DNA of 64,000 nucleotides from Candidatus Poribacteria bacterium (lineage in GTDB: Bacteria; Poribacteria; WGA-4E; WGA-3G): contig CAXXLX010000001.1 of assembly GCA_963665235.2 (NCBI GenBank), positions 3,744,001 to 3,808,000 of the forward strand, in the 5' to 3' direction. The stretch's first letter is position 1. Each line of letters opens with the position of its first letter. Under the pieces are notes generated by a model, which was not told the origin of the DNA, did no database searches, and saw only the letters and a list, made by a program, of their open reading frames with translations. The translations under genes were made by a program, and so were the position numbers. This document shows positions 29,721 to 39,893 of this stretch, one piece after another.

Positions 29721-30545
29721 TTATTCCTCCTTTATTGCGGCGCGGTCAGCTGCTGCCCATTCTTCCCAGCGCGCTTCATCTGCACTGAGGAAGCCGGAGT
29801 TGCATCGGGGTTGAAGCTGCTCGTCAACGCCGAGAAGCCGCATCCGTTGATGATTGTTTGCTGCCTTCGCCTCTGCCAACAACTGCTGTGTGTGTGGCCC
29901 GCTATGGTGGTCGGTATGTTTGAGCCAGGTCAAGTTGTAGTAGATGCTAAAGAAGTAGCGCAGCTGCCCTGACGTATTCGGTGTCCCCGAATGGACAAGT
30001 CCGTTGTGTGTGATGACGACATCCCCCGCTTTCATGTGGATAACCGTCTCAGCGGGGTGCGGTTTTCCGCGGTCAGCATCTTCAATGGTAATCGGCTTGC
30101 GGTGTGAACCGATGATAACGCGGAGGGGCCCAAATTCATCTGTGAGGTCTTGCAAATATGAGATGGCGTTGATGGCGTTAGGACGGTGATATGCATCGGT
30201 GTATGGGACATGTGCCCATCGGTCGCGATGCCACCCGGAGACTCTGCCTTCAGCCGCCTCGGGTTCAATGGAGGTGAACGCAGCAAGTGTCAGATTGTCG
30301 AGCTGTACAAAGGGCCCCATCACCTTTTCTATGAACTCAAGGAGAGTGGGGTGGGTGACAGCGGGCCACATCAATTCCGGTGCCAATTCAAGCGTATTTC
30401 CAAACCAGGTTTGTCCGTTGTTGGCAGCGGAGAGTTCTTGATGTTTTTCTCGCCAGAGTTGCATCTGTGTTTCGTCAAAAACCTTCTCAAAGATTGTGAA
30501 ACCGTTGGTTTTATAGGCTTCTAGGCGTTCGTCGAGTGTTTCCAT
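29721..30545 (-). CDS. PhyH family dioxygenase
   Basis: WHRD, GSH and HSGTPN motifs. Confidence 0.9.
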   Translation of the reverse strand: METLDERLEAYKTNGFTIFEKVFDETQMQLWREKHQELSAANNGQTWFGNTLELAPELMWPAVTHPTLLEFIEKVMGPFVQLDNLTLAAFTSIEPEAAEGRVSGWHRDRWAHVPYTDAYHRPNAINAISYLQDLTDEFGPLRVIIGSHRKPITIEDADRGKPHPAETVIHMKAGDVVITHNGLVHSGTPNTSGQLRYFFSIYYNLTWLKHTDHHSGPHTQQLLAEAKAANNHQRMRLLGVDEQLQPRCNSGFLSADEARWEEWAAADRAAIKEE

Positions 30546-30556
30546 CGTTGTGTTCC

Positions 30557-31528
30557 TTATGTTAATTGCGTAAGCGGTGTCTCTACTACGTTTCCCAGAA
30601 TATCCGCTGCAAGTTGCATGGTTTTGACAGCCTCATCTAAGTTGGCAGCGGGAAGTGAAACGGGAGAATCGGATTTGACGCAATCCAAAAAATAGCGATT
30701 CTGTTCAACGGTACCGCTGGAGCCAGCTCCAGTGAGTTTATGCTGTGTGCCATCACAGAAAACGGTGCCGTGGGAGACCCCCTCGAGGTAAGCAGAGATG
30801 TCTCTGCCATGGATTTCGTATCGTTCTAGCCGGGCATCTGTGGTATAGTTGGCGATAAGTTGGGCAACACAGCCGTTGTCAAATAGGATGAGTGCCGCGT
30901 GAACATCTTTGTAATCCGAAATTGTGCGTTGGACGACGCTATGCACCTCCTGAACGTCCGCTTCGGCAAGTGCGCGGAGCGTGTCCAAGGCGTGGATAGG
31001 TGTCTCAAGAAACATATTGTCCATCAAATGTTCAGGGAATCTTCCTGAACGTGCTAAGCGGGTGATGCTTTTGTGGAACTCGCCGACTATTTGGACGATA
31101 GGTCCGCGCGCTGTTACGTGCTGTTTCGCTTGAAGAATAATCGGGTGAAACCGACGATTCCAGCCTACCATCCCTTTTGCCCCGGTCTGTTTAGCGGTAT
31201 CGCGTAAATTGATGGTTTCTGCTATAGACATACCGGGCGGTTTTTCCAGCAGTGTATCAATACCGCGTGCCAAACACGGCGCGGCTGCTTCTCCGTTAAG
31301 GTGTGCCGGTGTAGCGACGAAAATTGCATCAAGCACTTCATTGTCCAACAACGTTTCAATCGTCCCATAACGGTGTGAGACGTTGAACGTATCACCGGCG
31401 TTGTTTCGGGCAGTTTCAACCGGGTCACAGACTGCGACGAGGTCGGTATCCTCAAATTGTGAGAGGGTTTGCATGTGCCCGCGTCCACGGCTGCCACATC
31501 CGATGACTGCGACTCGTAGGTTTGCCAT
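30557..31528 (-). CDS. Gfo/Idh/MocA oxidoreductase
   Basis: IGCGSRG, LEKP, NRRF and IHALD motifs. Confidence 0.92.
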   Translation of the reverse strand: MANLRVAVIGCGSRGRGHMQTLSQFEDTDLVAVCDPVETARNNAGDTFNVSHRYGTIETLLDNEVLDAIFVATPAHLNGEAAAPCLARGIDTLLEKPPGMSIAETINLRDTAKQTGAKGMVGWNRRFHPIILQAKQHVTARGPIVQIVGEFHKSITRLARSGRFPEHLMDNMFLETPIHALDTLRALAEADVQEVHSVVQRTISDYKDVHAALILFDNGCVAQLIANYTTDARLERYEIHGRDISAYLEGVSHGTVFCDGTQHKLTGAGSSGTVEQNRYFLDCVKSDSPVSLPAANLDEAVKTMQLAADILGNVVETPLTQLT

Positions 31529-31539
31529 AATATTCTCCG

Positions 31540-32328
31540 TTAGTGTCTGATGTGTGGTGCTTCCATGACCTCTCGCTGTTCTGGAGACATGTCCTCAATG
31601 TAGTCGGGATATTCGATGCGATGCGCCCCCGGGCTGTATGCCTGAAAGCCGGGGCTAAATTTATAGAGCAGGGCACGACGTTGATGCGCGGCTTTCCAAG
31701 GGAGCGTGCCGTGTGTTAAGGTTTCAGTGAAAATAACGGCATCCCCCGCGTTCGCGTTGATTTCAAGCACCTGGTTCTGATATTTTTCATACCTTTTCAT
31801 GCTGCTGGGACAAGGCAGGTTCGCCTTGTGGCTCCCAGGAATGATAGCGAGTCCACCGTCACCGGGTCCCTCGTCGGCGAGCATATACTCCACGACGGTG
31901 AGTCCGGTGTAAATTCGTCCATATTTGAAGAAGTAGGCTTCAGAGAAATTAGGACGTTCAATCCCGCCCCCGTGCAAGGTGCCGCCTTCGGTGCCCTTCT
32001 CCATTGCGATGAGTCCGGGCCCGTGGTCAAGTCGATATTTTTTGCCCAAAACTTCCTCAAGGTAGGGTTTGACGTTTGGATGTATCAATAGGTCACGGAA
32101 GGGTTCACACCAGGGTTTTTCCCATGCCAGCATGCCGCCCATGTCCATGCGGTGTGCGGTTCCGGCGAGTGCTGCGGAGCCGCCCGCCAATGAGTTCTCG
32201 CGTTCTTTGAGCAGCGCGATGTGATGGTCAATGGCAGCGTTGCACTGTGCGATCTCGTCGGTAGTCAGTGCGTCTTCCACGACGAGATACCCTGTTAAAT
32301 CGAATAGATATTTTTGTTCTTCATTCAT
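31540..32328 (-). CDS. PhyH family protein (HGG variant)
   Basis: FDLTGYL, LHGG, PGSHKAN and HGTLPW motifs. Confidence 0.88.
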   Translation of the reverse strand: MNEEQKYLFDLTGYLVVEDALTTDEIAQCNAAIDHHIALLKERENSLAGGSAALAGTAHRMDMGGMLAWEKPWCEPFRDLLIHPNVKPYLEEVLGKKYRLDHGPGLIAMEKGTEGGTLHGGGIERPNFSEAYFFKYGRIYTGLTVVEYMLADEGPGDGGLAIIPGSHKANLPCPSSMKRYEKYQNQVLEINANAGDAVIFTETLTHGTLPWKAAHQRRALLYKFSPGFQAYSPGAHRIEYPDYIEDMSPEQREVMEAPHIRH

Positions 32329-32680
32329 CTGCTATTTCTCCTGATGCAGGCTACATGTGCTTTGTATATTAGCAAATGGCGATTAGCAATTTGGCAATTG
32401 GCAATTGGCAAGAGAAGAAAGAAAAGAAATATAAGAGAAGAAACCTCTTTGTTTTCTTCCTCTTGCTAAAGGTTTCCATAGGTTTCCAACTGCCATTGTC
32501 GGATTGGACTTCGTTCAACCCAACCTACAAGGACAGCTAAGTAGCAACTTGAGTTATATTAGCAGATTAAAAAAAATGTGTCAAATGAAAATTAAACGGA
32601 CTATAAAATTATGCTTGCAGGAAAATTGGAGGTGTGTTATTATCGATTAAAATCACATCCGTAAAGTTGGAAAAGTCGCT

Positions 32681-34627
32681 ATGCATATCCAAGGGCACAA
32701 TCACAAGGCTGCGTACCACACCGTCGTATCTACTCCCAACGGCAGAATTGGCGAGCTACGGCTTAGCACAAATAACCGTAAACTGACTACACCCGCTATT
32801 TATCCTGTTATCAGCTTCCTGACCGGGACAAGTCCACGTGGCGGGGGCATCTGGAAATATCTCCTCCGCGATTTTATGCAGCGTGACTATCAGATGTTGT
32901 CACAGGTCCTGCACTTTCTGGATTTTAACTTCACCGGAAAATATCTCGCGAACTGGCGGAAAAAGTCGATGCGGGAAAATTACCGCGAACAGAACGGTGA
33001 TTACAAAGGTACCCTCTTTTTGGATTCAGGGGGATTCAAACTCCTTTACAATGCTGGTTTAGAATTGTCGGAATTCGGAATTCATAAGGAGACAGAGGCG
33101 GACGATATACTCGCTTTGCAATTAGATTTTGGTGGGGATATCGTTGCCTCGTTGGACTACCCGCTTCCGCCAAATCTGGTACGTGCCGAAGCTGATATCC
33201 GTATGGCACAGAGCTTGCAAAACGCAATCCGAGCTGCAGAACTATTGACCGACAAAGCAGATAAACCTCCGTATCTTTATATCTGTTGTCATGGACAATC
33301 TCAAGAGGATATCAGCAATTATACCGCTCAAGTCTTCGAACAGGTTGGCGATAAATTGCCCTCCTTCGGTCTTGCTGTCGGGTCGCTTGTGCCGCTGCGG
33401 GGACGCGACGATTCAGCTGTTATGGAACGTATCCGAGGGGTTGTCGAGGCAATACCGGAAGCGCGTCGTGACACTACGCCTATTCACGCGTTCGGAGTCT
33501 CTGGGGTGCTGACACCTGTGCTTGCATACCTTGGCGTGGATAGCTTTGACAGCACTACCTATATCCAAACTGCACGCAGCCTGTTTTATGCACAACCAGA
33601 CACGCAGCGAAAACTCAAAATCCTTGAGATGGATACGATAACTTGTGATTGCTACGTCTGCCAGCAATACCCGCTTGACGAAATGCAACAAGCCCTGATG
33701 GAAGAACAGAGTTATCAGGTCACGTCAACTGGGAAGTATAAGAGCGAATACTATGCGGCGATTGCCCTACACAATTTTGAGATGGAAACCCGGATGCTTG
33801 CGGAAATGTGTGAAGGGATTCAGGCAGATGACGCAGTGGAAGCGTTGGCAGAACACATCGGCAAATATCAACACAACCGCGGCACCCACGAAGCGATAGG
33901 GTGGCTTGCCGAAAACGATACTGAACTGGGAATTCGATTGACCCGCACCTTAATTCATAACCCAACACGCAAGGAAAAGATTTTTCGCGACCCAAATCAG
34001 TTGGAGCTCTTCTCGCTGGACTATGAGACCCCTGAAAATGCAACGACGCTTATAGCGGAAGATGCTACGGAGACCATCTCATTATCGTATACCCCCGATG
34101 ATTTTAGTGTTCCTGCCGATTACGAACCGCCTGCCGATAAAAATATACTTTTGGTGATTCCGTGCGCGGGAAAGAAACCGTATTCCCTTTCACGAACACA
34201 CACGATTGTTGCTAAAAAATTAGTAGCGGTTTTCGGGGAAAAACAGCAGCATATCCACAAGGTCACACTCTCCGGACTCTATGGCCCTGTTCCAGCAGAA
34301 TTTGAGACCGAGGAGGCGGTCACACGCTACGATTTTCAGTTGTCTCCGCACAACGGTGCACAAATTGAGCTGTGTACGAAACGATTACTCGCTTATCTCG
34401 AAAAATATGGCACGTCTTACACGTTATGTGTCGGTTATGCAACGAGCAGGGCATATCGGGAGGTAATGTCCCTCGCTGAAAAGCGGTATAGACGGTTCAT
34501 TTTAATGCCGAAATCGTTAAAACAGAAACGGTTGTCTGAATTCTTTAGACACGCCCATTTGGATGCTTTGGTTGAATTGATACAGGAGAAGGGGGAAATT
34601 GAAGGCAGTGACAGCACAAGCGAATAG
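32681..34627 (+). CDS. tRNA-guanine transglycosylase-family domain fused to an ArcS/DUF5591-like domain
   Basis: LDSGGF, LDYP, HAFG, DSFDS and CDCYVC...H motifs; C-terminal IPCAGKKPYSLSRTH...SGLYGPVP. Confidence 0.85.
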   Translation: MHIQGHNHKAAYHTVVSTPNGRIGELRLSTNNRKLTTPAIYPVISFLTGTSPRGGGIWKYLLRDFMQRDYQMLSQVLHFLDFNFTGKYLANWRKKSMRENYREQNGDYKGTLFLDSGGFKLLYNAGLELSEFGIHKETEADDILALQLDFGGDIVASLDYPLPPNLVRAEADIRMAQSLQNAIRAAELLTDKADKPPYLYICCHGQSQEDISNYTAQVFEQVGDKLPSFGLAVGSLVPLRGRDDSAVMERIRGVVEAIPEARRDTTPIHAFGVSGVLTPVLAYLGVDSFDSTTYIQTARSLFYAQPDTQRKLKILEMDTITCDCYVCQQYPLDEMQQALMEEQSYQVTSTGKYKSEYYAAIALHNFEMETRMLAEMCEGIQADDAVEALAEHIGKYQHNRGTHEAIGWLAENDTELGIRLTRTLIHNPTRKEKIFRDPNQLELFSLDYETPENATTLIAEDATETISLSYTPDDFSVPADYEPPADKNILLVIPCAGKKPYSLSRTHTIVAKKLVAVFGEKQQHIHKVTLSGLYGPVPAEFETEEAVTRYDFQLSPHNGAQIELCTKRLLAYLEKYGTSYTLCVGYATSRAYREVMSLAEKRYRRFILMPKSLKQKRLSEFFRHAHLDALVELIQEKGEIEGSDSTSE

Positions 34628-35801
34628 GGAAATTCTGAACTATTTTTTACCGCCACGTATTGAATTCGGGGCAGGGGCCATCGCCAATTTAGGGAAACAC
34701 GTGAGGGCTTTCGAGGGTGAGAAGCCGCTTGTCGTTAGCGATGCGGGTCTCCGTGAAGCGGGAATATTGCGTCAAGCTGTTGCTCCCTTGGAAGCGGCAA
34801 ATCTACACTACGCCACCTATACGGAGATTGAACCGAATCCTACAGATGTGAGCATCACGCCGGGGGTTGAGGTCTATCGGGCAGAAACGTGTGATGTCAT
34901 CATCGCTGTCGGCGGGGGGAGCGTTATGGATGCTGCTAAAGCTATCCGCCTTTTGACTACGCATGACCCGCCACTGGCACCCTATTATGTGGACTCGGGT
35001 GGTGTTAGCCGGATACGCGACGATATGCCGCCGCTTATCTGTGTGCCGACAACAGCTGGCACGGGTAGTGAAGTGTCACAAGGCGCGGTGATTACGGATA
35101 CCTCACGGCAGACGACGAATCGATGGCGGAAACGCGCCTTTGTTACGCCTTTCAACATGGCGAATCTCGCTCTTCTTGACCCGATATTAACGGTTGGGAT
35201 GCCTCCGATGTTGACCGCTGCTACCGGCATGGATGCGATTACGCACGGAATTGAGGCTTATGTGGCGACAAAATATCACCCTATCGCTGAAGGTGTTGCG
35301 CTGATAGCCTTAAGAATGTTGGGCGCGAATATCCGAAAGGTGTCCCACGATGGCGAAGATGTTGTTGCACGCGGGGAGATGTTGCTCGCAGCATGTATGG
35401 CAGCGTTCGCATTTCAAAAAGGACTTGGGGCTGTTCACTCAATTGCACATCAGTTATCGACAGAAGCCCCTATTCCGCACGGTGTAGCGAACGCTATTCT
35501 GTTACCGCATGTCATGACGTTTAATTTGCCTGCCGTAACTTCGAAGTATGCGGATATCGCTGCGGCGTTGGGCGTTAATACCGCGGGTATGTCCGCAGCG
35601 GAGGCGGCGCGCGCGGCAATTGATGAAATCCGGGAATTAAATGTGCAGCTGAATATGCCCGCAGGTCTGGGTGCGGCAGGCTTGGCAAAGGCACGACTTC
35701 CGAAAATAGCAGCGGATTCTATGCTCGATCACTGTTATAAATTTAATCCAAGACCGTGTACGGAACAGGATATGCACAATCTGCTTGTGGCAGCATTCTG
35801 A
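34599..35801 (+). CDS. Iron-containing alcohol dehydrogenase (start 34599 or 34608)
   Basis: GGGSVMD, PTTAGTGSE, GMDAITH and HGVAN motifs. Confidence 0.94.
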   Translation: MKAVTAQANREILNYFLPPRIEFGAGAIANLGKHVRAFEGEKPLVVSDAGLREAGILRQAVAPLEAANLHYATYTEIEPNPTDVSITPGVEVYRAETCDVIIAVGGGSVMDAAKAIRLLTTHDPPLAPYYVDSGGVSRIRDDMPPLICVPTTAGTGSEVSQGAVITDTSRQTTNRWRKRAFVTPFNMANLALLDPILTVGMPPMLTAATGMDAITHGIEAYVATKYHPIAEGVALIALRMLGANIRKVSHDGEDVVARGEMLLAACMAAFAFQKGLGAVHSIAHQLSTEAPIPHGVANAILLPHVMTFNLPAVTSKYADIAAALGVNTAGMSAAEAARAAIDEIRELNVQLNMPAGLGAAGLAKARLPKIAADSMLDHCYKFNPRPCTEQDMHNLLVAAF

Positions 35802-35845
35802 ACGTTGCGATGTGCTGCACCAGTTCATCTTCTGAATTTTACTAA

Positions 35846-36247
35846 TACCATTTTTATTAATTATTCTATCATTACCGGTTGTTAGAAATGAAACGGAGAA
35901 CAGCACAAACTGGAAGTTTATGCTACAATAAAGAGCACAAACTGGAAGTTTATGCTACAATAAAGAGCACAAACTGGAAGTTTATGCTACAATAAAGAGC
36001 ACAAACTAAAAGTTTATGCTACAATAAAGAGCACAAACTAAAAGTTTGGCTCATGTTAAAGATGTGTGCGATTGTTCTAATAAACGCAATGGCCACAAGG
36101 GTTAAATTTTCTTATGCACTTATTCTTTACATGAGCCAAAAGTTTATGCTACAATAAAGAGCACAAACTGGAAGTTTATGCTACAATAAAGAGCACAAAC
36201 TAAAAGTTTATGCTACAATAAAAAGACATTTTCAATTAGAAATGGTA
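35846..36247. mobile_element. MITE with TACCATTT ends carrying 7 x 32-bp REP hairpin units
   Basis: TAA|TACCATTT...AAATGGTA|TAA; unit AGAGCACAAACTRRAAGTTTATGCTACAATAA. Confidence 0.85.
36048..36137. mobile_element. 90-bp MITE (IS1595-like ends) nested in the fifth REP unit
   Basis: TIR GGCTCATGT...ACATGAGCC; 8-bp TSD AAAAGTTT at 36040-36047 and 36138-36145. Confidence 0.9.
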
Positions 36248-36765
36248 TAACTTTGGACAATTCAAGGGGATAGGTGGAAGGGTGGAAGATTAGATTTCGT
36301 GTTTTTTGTCTGAATCGCGGATTATCGCGGATTACACGGATTACGCGGATTTTTTTAAGGTGTGTATGCGTCAAGGTTTTGTGATTAAGTTGCGTTTTTT
36401 TGTCTGTCTGAATCGCGGATTACACGGATTTGGCAATTAGCAATTAGCAAGAGAGGTATTCTGAACCCTCTGACGCGCGTCAAAGCGTTGATTAGAATTA
36501 CAACATCTTGCCATTAGTTTCCATAAGCCAATCGCCATAAGCCAACATTCTATAAACATTCCGCCCCGCTGGGGCTGCGCTTTGGCACAATTAAACGAAT
36601 TGCTGCGACACAGACAGACACTTCCGCTTGCATAGAACAGACACACCCGGGCTGTAATAAGGATATACCAGAAAAATCGCCCCAAACTCACAACCGGAAT
36701 TACATTGTCCGCTATCAGGCGATAGCGGTGCAAAGTGAAGTAGTTTTCAATAAGGAGAATTTGAC

Positions 36766-37536
36766 ATGTCTTTTTTGAAAAATAACGCCTACTGGATTGT
36801 TGCTGTCGTCATCGGGTTGGGCATATCGGTTGTTATGCTCTCACAACGCGGAGACCGAGAATCTGTCTCGCCTCCCTCAAAGGCGATTGAGACACATAAG
36901 CAGCCAGAAGCTATTTCACACCCCACTCGACAAACCGGTGAAGCGTACACCTATCCCGCCGCACGTCCACTGCAAAGACCCGATAGCATCACAGACCCCG
37001 AAGTCAAAGCGGCTTGGGACCTTGTGGAATCTCTCAAAACGAATATTTGGGACTATGGCGGACAACCGACCCCCCGAGCGACCGAACTGATAGACACATT
37101 GATGCCACCGCCTGACAGGTTTCGGGGTGAAACCGCACACGATGACGTTGAGGTGACATTGGAATTGCTGTCCGAACTTAGCGGGTTTCGCGACCCACGC
37201 GCCGCCGTCGTCTTCGCAACGTATGCTGGCGAAGGCATCGTGAGCGGGCATAGTTTGAAGCAGGCATTGGTAGAGATCGGACCCCCTGCTATTCCTTACA
37301 TGCTTCCTTACATAGAACCGCCGTATAACAGATTTGAAAAAAATCCACTGGAAATCATTCATGCGTTAGGTCCTATTGGCGTGCAACATCGCGAGGAATT
37401 AGAAGGTGTGATCAAACACATCATCATCCCAAAATTAGAAGCATTTATTGAAGCAGAACACACGATGCTAATGTTTTTGCCTTTAAAATATGCATGTGAG
37501 TCGCTATCGATGCTGGAAAAGGAGGAAAGCAAATGA
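36766..37536 (+). CDS. Membrane-anchored hypothetical protein (helical, HEAT-like)
   Basis: SD AAGGAG; N-terminal TM segment; ALVEIGPPAIPY; ATGA overlap with the next gene. Confidence 0.75.
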   Translation: MSFLKNNAYWIVAVVIGLGISVVMLSQRGDRESVSPPSKAIETHKQPEAISHPTRQTGEAYTYPAARPLQRPDSITDPEVKAAWDLVESLKTNIWDYGGQPTPRATELIDTLMPPPDRFRGETAHDDVEVTLELLSELSGFRDPRAAVVFATYAGEGIVSGHSLKQALVEIGPPAIPYMLPYIEPPYNRFEKNPLEIIHALGPIGVQHREELEGVIKHIIIPKLEAFIEAEHTMLMFLPLKYACESLSMLEKEESK

Positions 37537-39398
37537 AAGTTATAACGTTTTGTGTTTCTGTATTTTTATTCATATTTTGTGTTTTCACATTCAACTCCGT
37601 GACGGGTGGCGGTGTTGAGCCGGATCTGATTTTCACGTCGTGGCAAGCCGGTCAAGGGGTCAAAGGGGGCCCTTCGGATGCCAAGGATTTTAAGGAGGTT
37701 TGGAAGACCTTTATTACCGATACAGAGACTACTTGTAAACTGAATGTGACGGTAGGGTATGCCAAGAAGCAACCCGCGAACGCGTATAAACTCCACAGAT
37801 ATGAGTGGGAAGTGACCGCGGACATATTGCATCCGGGTTTGCCAAAGGCAGAGCTGAAGAAGCAGATTTTTAGATTTGTCGGTAAACAATCACAAGAAGG
37901 TGACACCGGTAACACGGGCACGACTTTCCGCTACTCAGGCAACGGCACGCTTTCTGAACATTGGCATCCAACGGGGACTGATGAAGAGAAGCAAACATAC
38001 TGTGTCAATTACGAAGGCAATAAACAGCCTCAGAGGGGCAGAAGTCTGAGTATCACTGTGAAATTTATCGGCTACTATGGGACTGACCCGAACGACGAAA
38101 AGAAAACAGAAATCGAGCTGCCGTTGGCAACAGATATAACAGATCAGATGCGGCAGGAGTATTTGGATCAGAAACGTTTGGTGCCAGCCCGCGGTGAATT
38201 TTTAGACGATCCGGGCAATAAGTCTCCGTATAATCACGGACACTATGAAAAACTGATGGATGGTGGTTTAGCAGCGTACCGTCTCGCTTGGTTAGCGAAG
38301 TGTAATGAACTTTGGCGGCAGTGTAGTGAATCTCATAATTGCACACATAATAAAGTTGTAAATAAAAAAATCAAAATCGTTTGTAAACCTCCGAACTGTC
38401 CGGAAAAAGGGTGTACTCATAAAGCAATCGCTAAGTTAACGTTGGAAGACTTTGAGATTAAGAGTGCGTATCGGCATCCACATCACAATGATTATCATGC
38501 GGTAGGGACCGCACTGCATGGGCTGCATCAGTATGGATACGCCTTAGATATAACGACTCCCGATATAGATGGTGATGGCAAGCCAGAACAGGTTAAAAAT
38601 GATAGGGCGAGCAGTCCAGATGGTGCCGCAATGTCGGACGCAGCCTACGCAGCGGGTGCTGATTGGTGTCGCTCTTGGGAAAAATATAAGACCATTACAC
38701 ACGCGGATTGGCGTTTTGATTATAAAAAGGCTGTGGGTGCGAAAAACTGGCCCCCGGCGATCAATTCGTCAGGGCAGTTGTTATCCAAGACATCGCCTGA
38801 AGACTCAACACCGACAACACCCCCCAACACGCCGACCCCCACACCGATACCTACGCCCACACCGACACCGACACCCCCATCCACGATTACTTATGCCTGC
38901 TCTGTGCATTCAGGGGGAGAGAGCGGAGCGAGTTCTCATGTGTGGAGTAGTGCACCGTGTGGAGATGCAACCCACGCGGGGTATCTGTGCCAAATCAACG
39001 CATCAGACCATGAATGGGTGTCCGAGAGTTGTCCATCGTTGCATGCACACTATGAATGCGATGGGACAGACCATTCATTGCAAGCTTCTTGTTCTGTCAC
39101 CAATTCGCGCGGAGATACCTGCACGGTGACGAGCTTCTATGCATGTGCGTCGCATACGCATCAGTATCCTGCCCGGTGTGCACGAAGTGCATGTGCACAA
39201 ATCGTGAGTCACCGGTTAGAACATCGCCAGACCTGTAGTGCCGGACATACGTATTGGACCTGCATTTCGGGAGCGACACATGACCATACGACCGTTTTCA
39301 CGTGTCGGCGTCCCGGGTGTGGTGTGACCTTCACGCGGTGTATCAATGGCATCTGTATTAGCAATGTCGGGACAAGGCCGTGGCATTGGGCGCAGTAG
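37533..39398 (+). CDS. Secreted protein: peptidase M15-like domain, PT linker and Cys/His-rich tail
   Basis: Signal peptide; SAYR...HQYGYALD...HAD; PT repeats; many Cys and His residues at the C-terminus. Confidence 0.7.
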   Translation: MKVITFCVSVFLFIFCVFTFNSVTGGGVEPDLIFTSWQAGQGVKGGPSDAKDFKEVWKTFITDTETTCKLNVTVGYAKKQPANAYKLHRYEWEVTADILHPGLPKAELKKQIFRFVGKQSQEGDTGNTGTTFRYSGNGTLSEHWHPTGTDEEKQTYCVNYEGNKQPQRGRSLSITVKFIGYYGTDPNDEKKTEIELPLATDITDQMRQEYLDQKRLVPARGEFLDDPGNKSPYNHGHYEKLMDGGLAAYRLAWLAKCNELWRQCSESHNCTHNKVVNKKIKIVCKPPNCPEKGCTHKAIAKLTLEDFEIKSAYRHPHHNDYHAVGTALHGLHQYGYALDITTPDIDGDGKPEQVKNDRASSPDGAAMSDAAYAAGADWCRSWEKYKTITHADWRFDYKKAVGAKNWPPAINSSGQLLSKTSPEDSTPTTPPNTPTPTPIPTPTPTPTPPSTITYACSVHSGGESGASSHVWSSAPCGDATHAGYLCQINASDHEWVSESCPSLHAHYECDGTDHSLQASCSVTNSRGDTCTVTSFYACASHTHQYPARCARSACAQIVSHRLEHRQTCSAGHTYWTCISGATHDHTTVFTCRRPGCGVTFTRCINGICISNVGTRPWHWAQ

Positions 39399-39547
39399 TA
39401 GGAGAACGCTCAACTTTGAACGCAACAGGCAGGTATCCAATTTTGGGAACCTGCCTTCCTCTCGCGATAGCAATTGGCAATTAGCGATTAGCAATTAGCA
39501 AGAACGGTATTCTGAACCCTCTGACGCGCGTCAAAGCGTTAATTAGA

Positions 39548-39893
39548 CAGGACAGACGCATTCCCCCCGCCTGCGGGGGGTTCTTACTGTTACCCATAAG
39601 TTTTTTTGGGGGGCTGTTTAGTTTTTTCACTACTTCTGCAGCGGAAACGGACAGGAAAATAGACCTCAATCTTAGAATCAATCGTCTTTATGTGCCTATT
39701 GAGATGATTTCAGACGCTTTTTTCGTCTTTATGCGCCGTTTTGTGTCAGAAATCGGGATTAGAAACTCCTTGCACAAGAAGTCGAAACCATTAATTCGAC
39801 TTGTGGGTAACAGCCAGCCGCCTGCGGGGGGTTAGGGGGGGCGGGTAAACCCTGCGAAAAGCTGCAAAGTTTGTTTTATTTGCGTTCGTCCTG
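39548..39893. mobile_element. 346-bp MITE with CAGGAC-N2-ACGCA ends
   Basis: TIR CAGGACAGACGCA / TGCGTTCGTCCTG; 5-bp TSD TTAGA; an empty-site homologue lies at 36481-36500. Confidence 0.88.

Noticed and set aside
35903-36222. CRISPR array (32-bp repeats)
   Set aside because: Units are contiguous with no spacers, and the single interruption is a MITE with a TSD.
38805-38885. Low-complexity ACACCG repeat as a DNA element
   Set aside because: It encodes an ordinary Pro/Thr linker.
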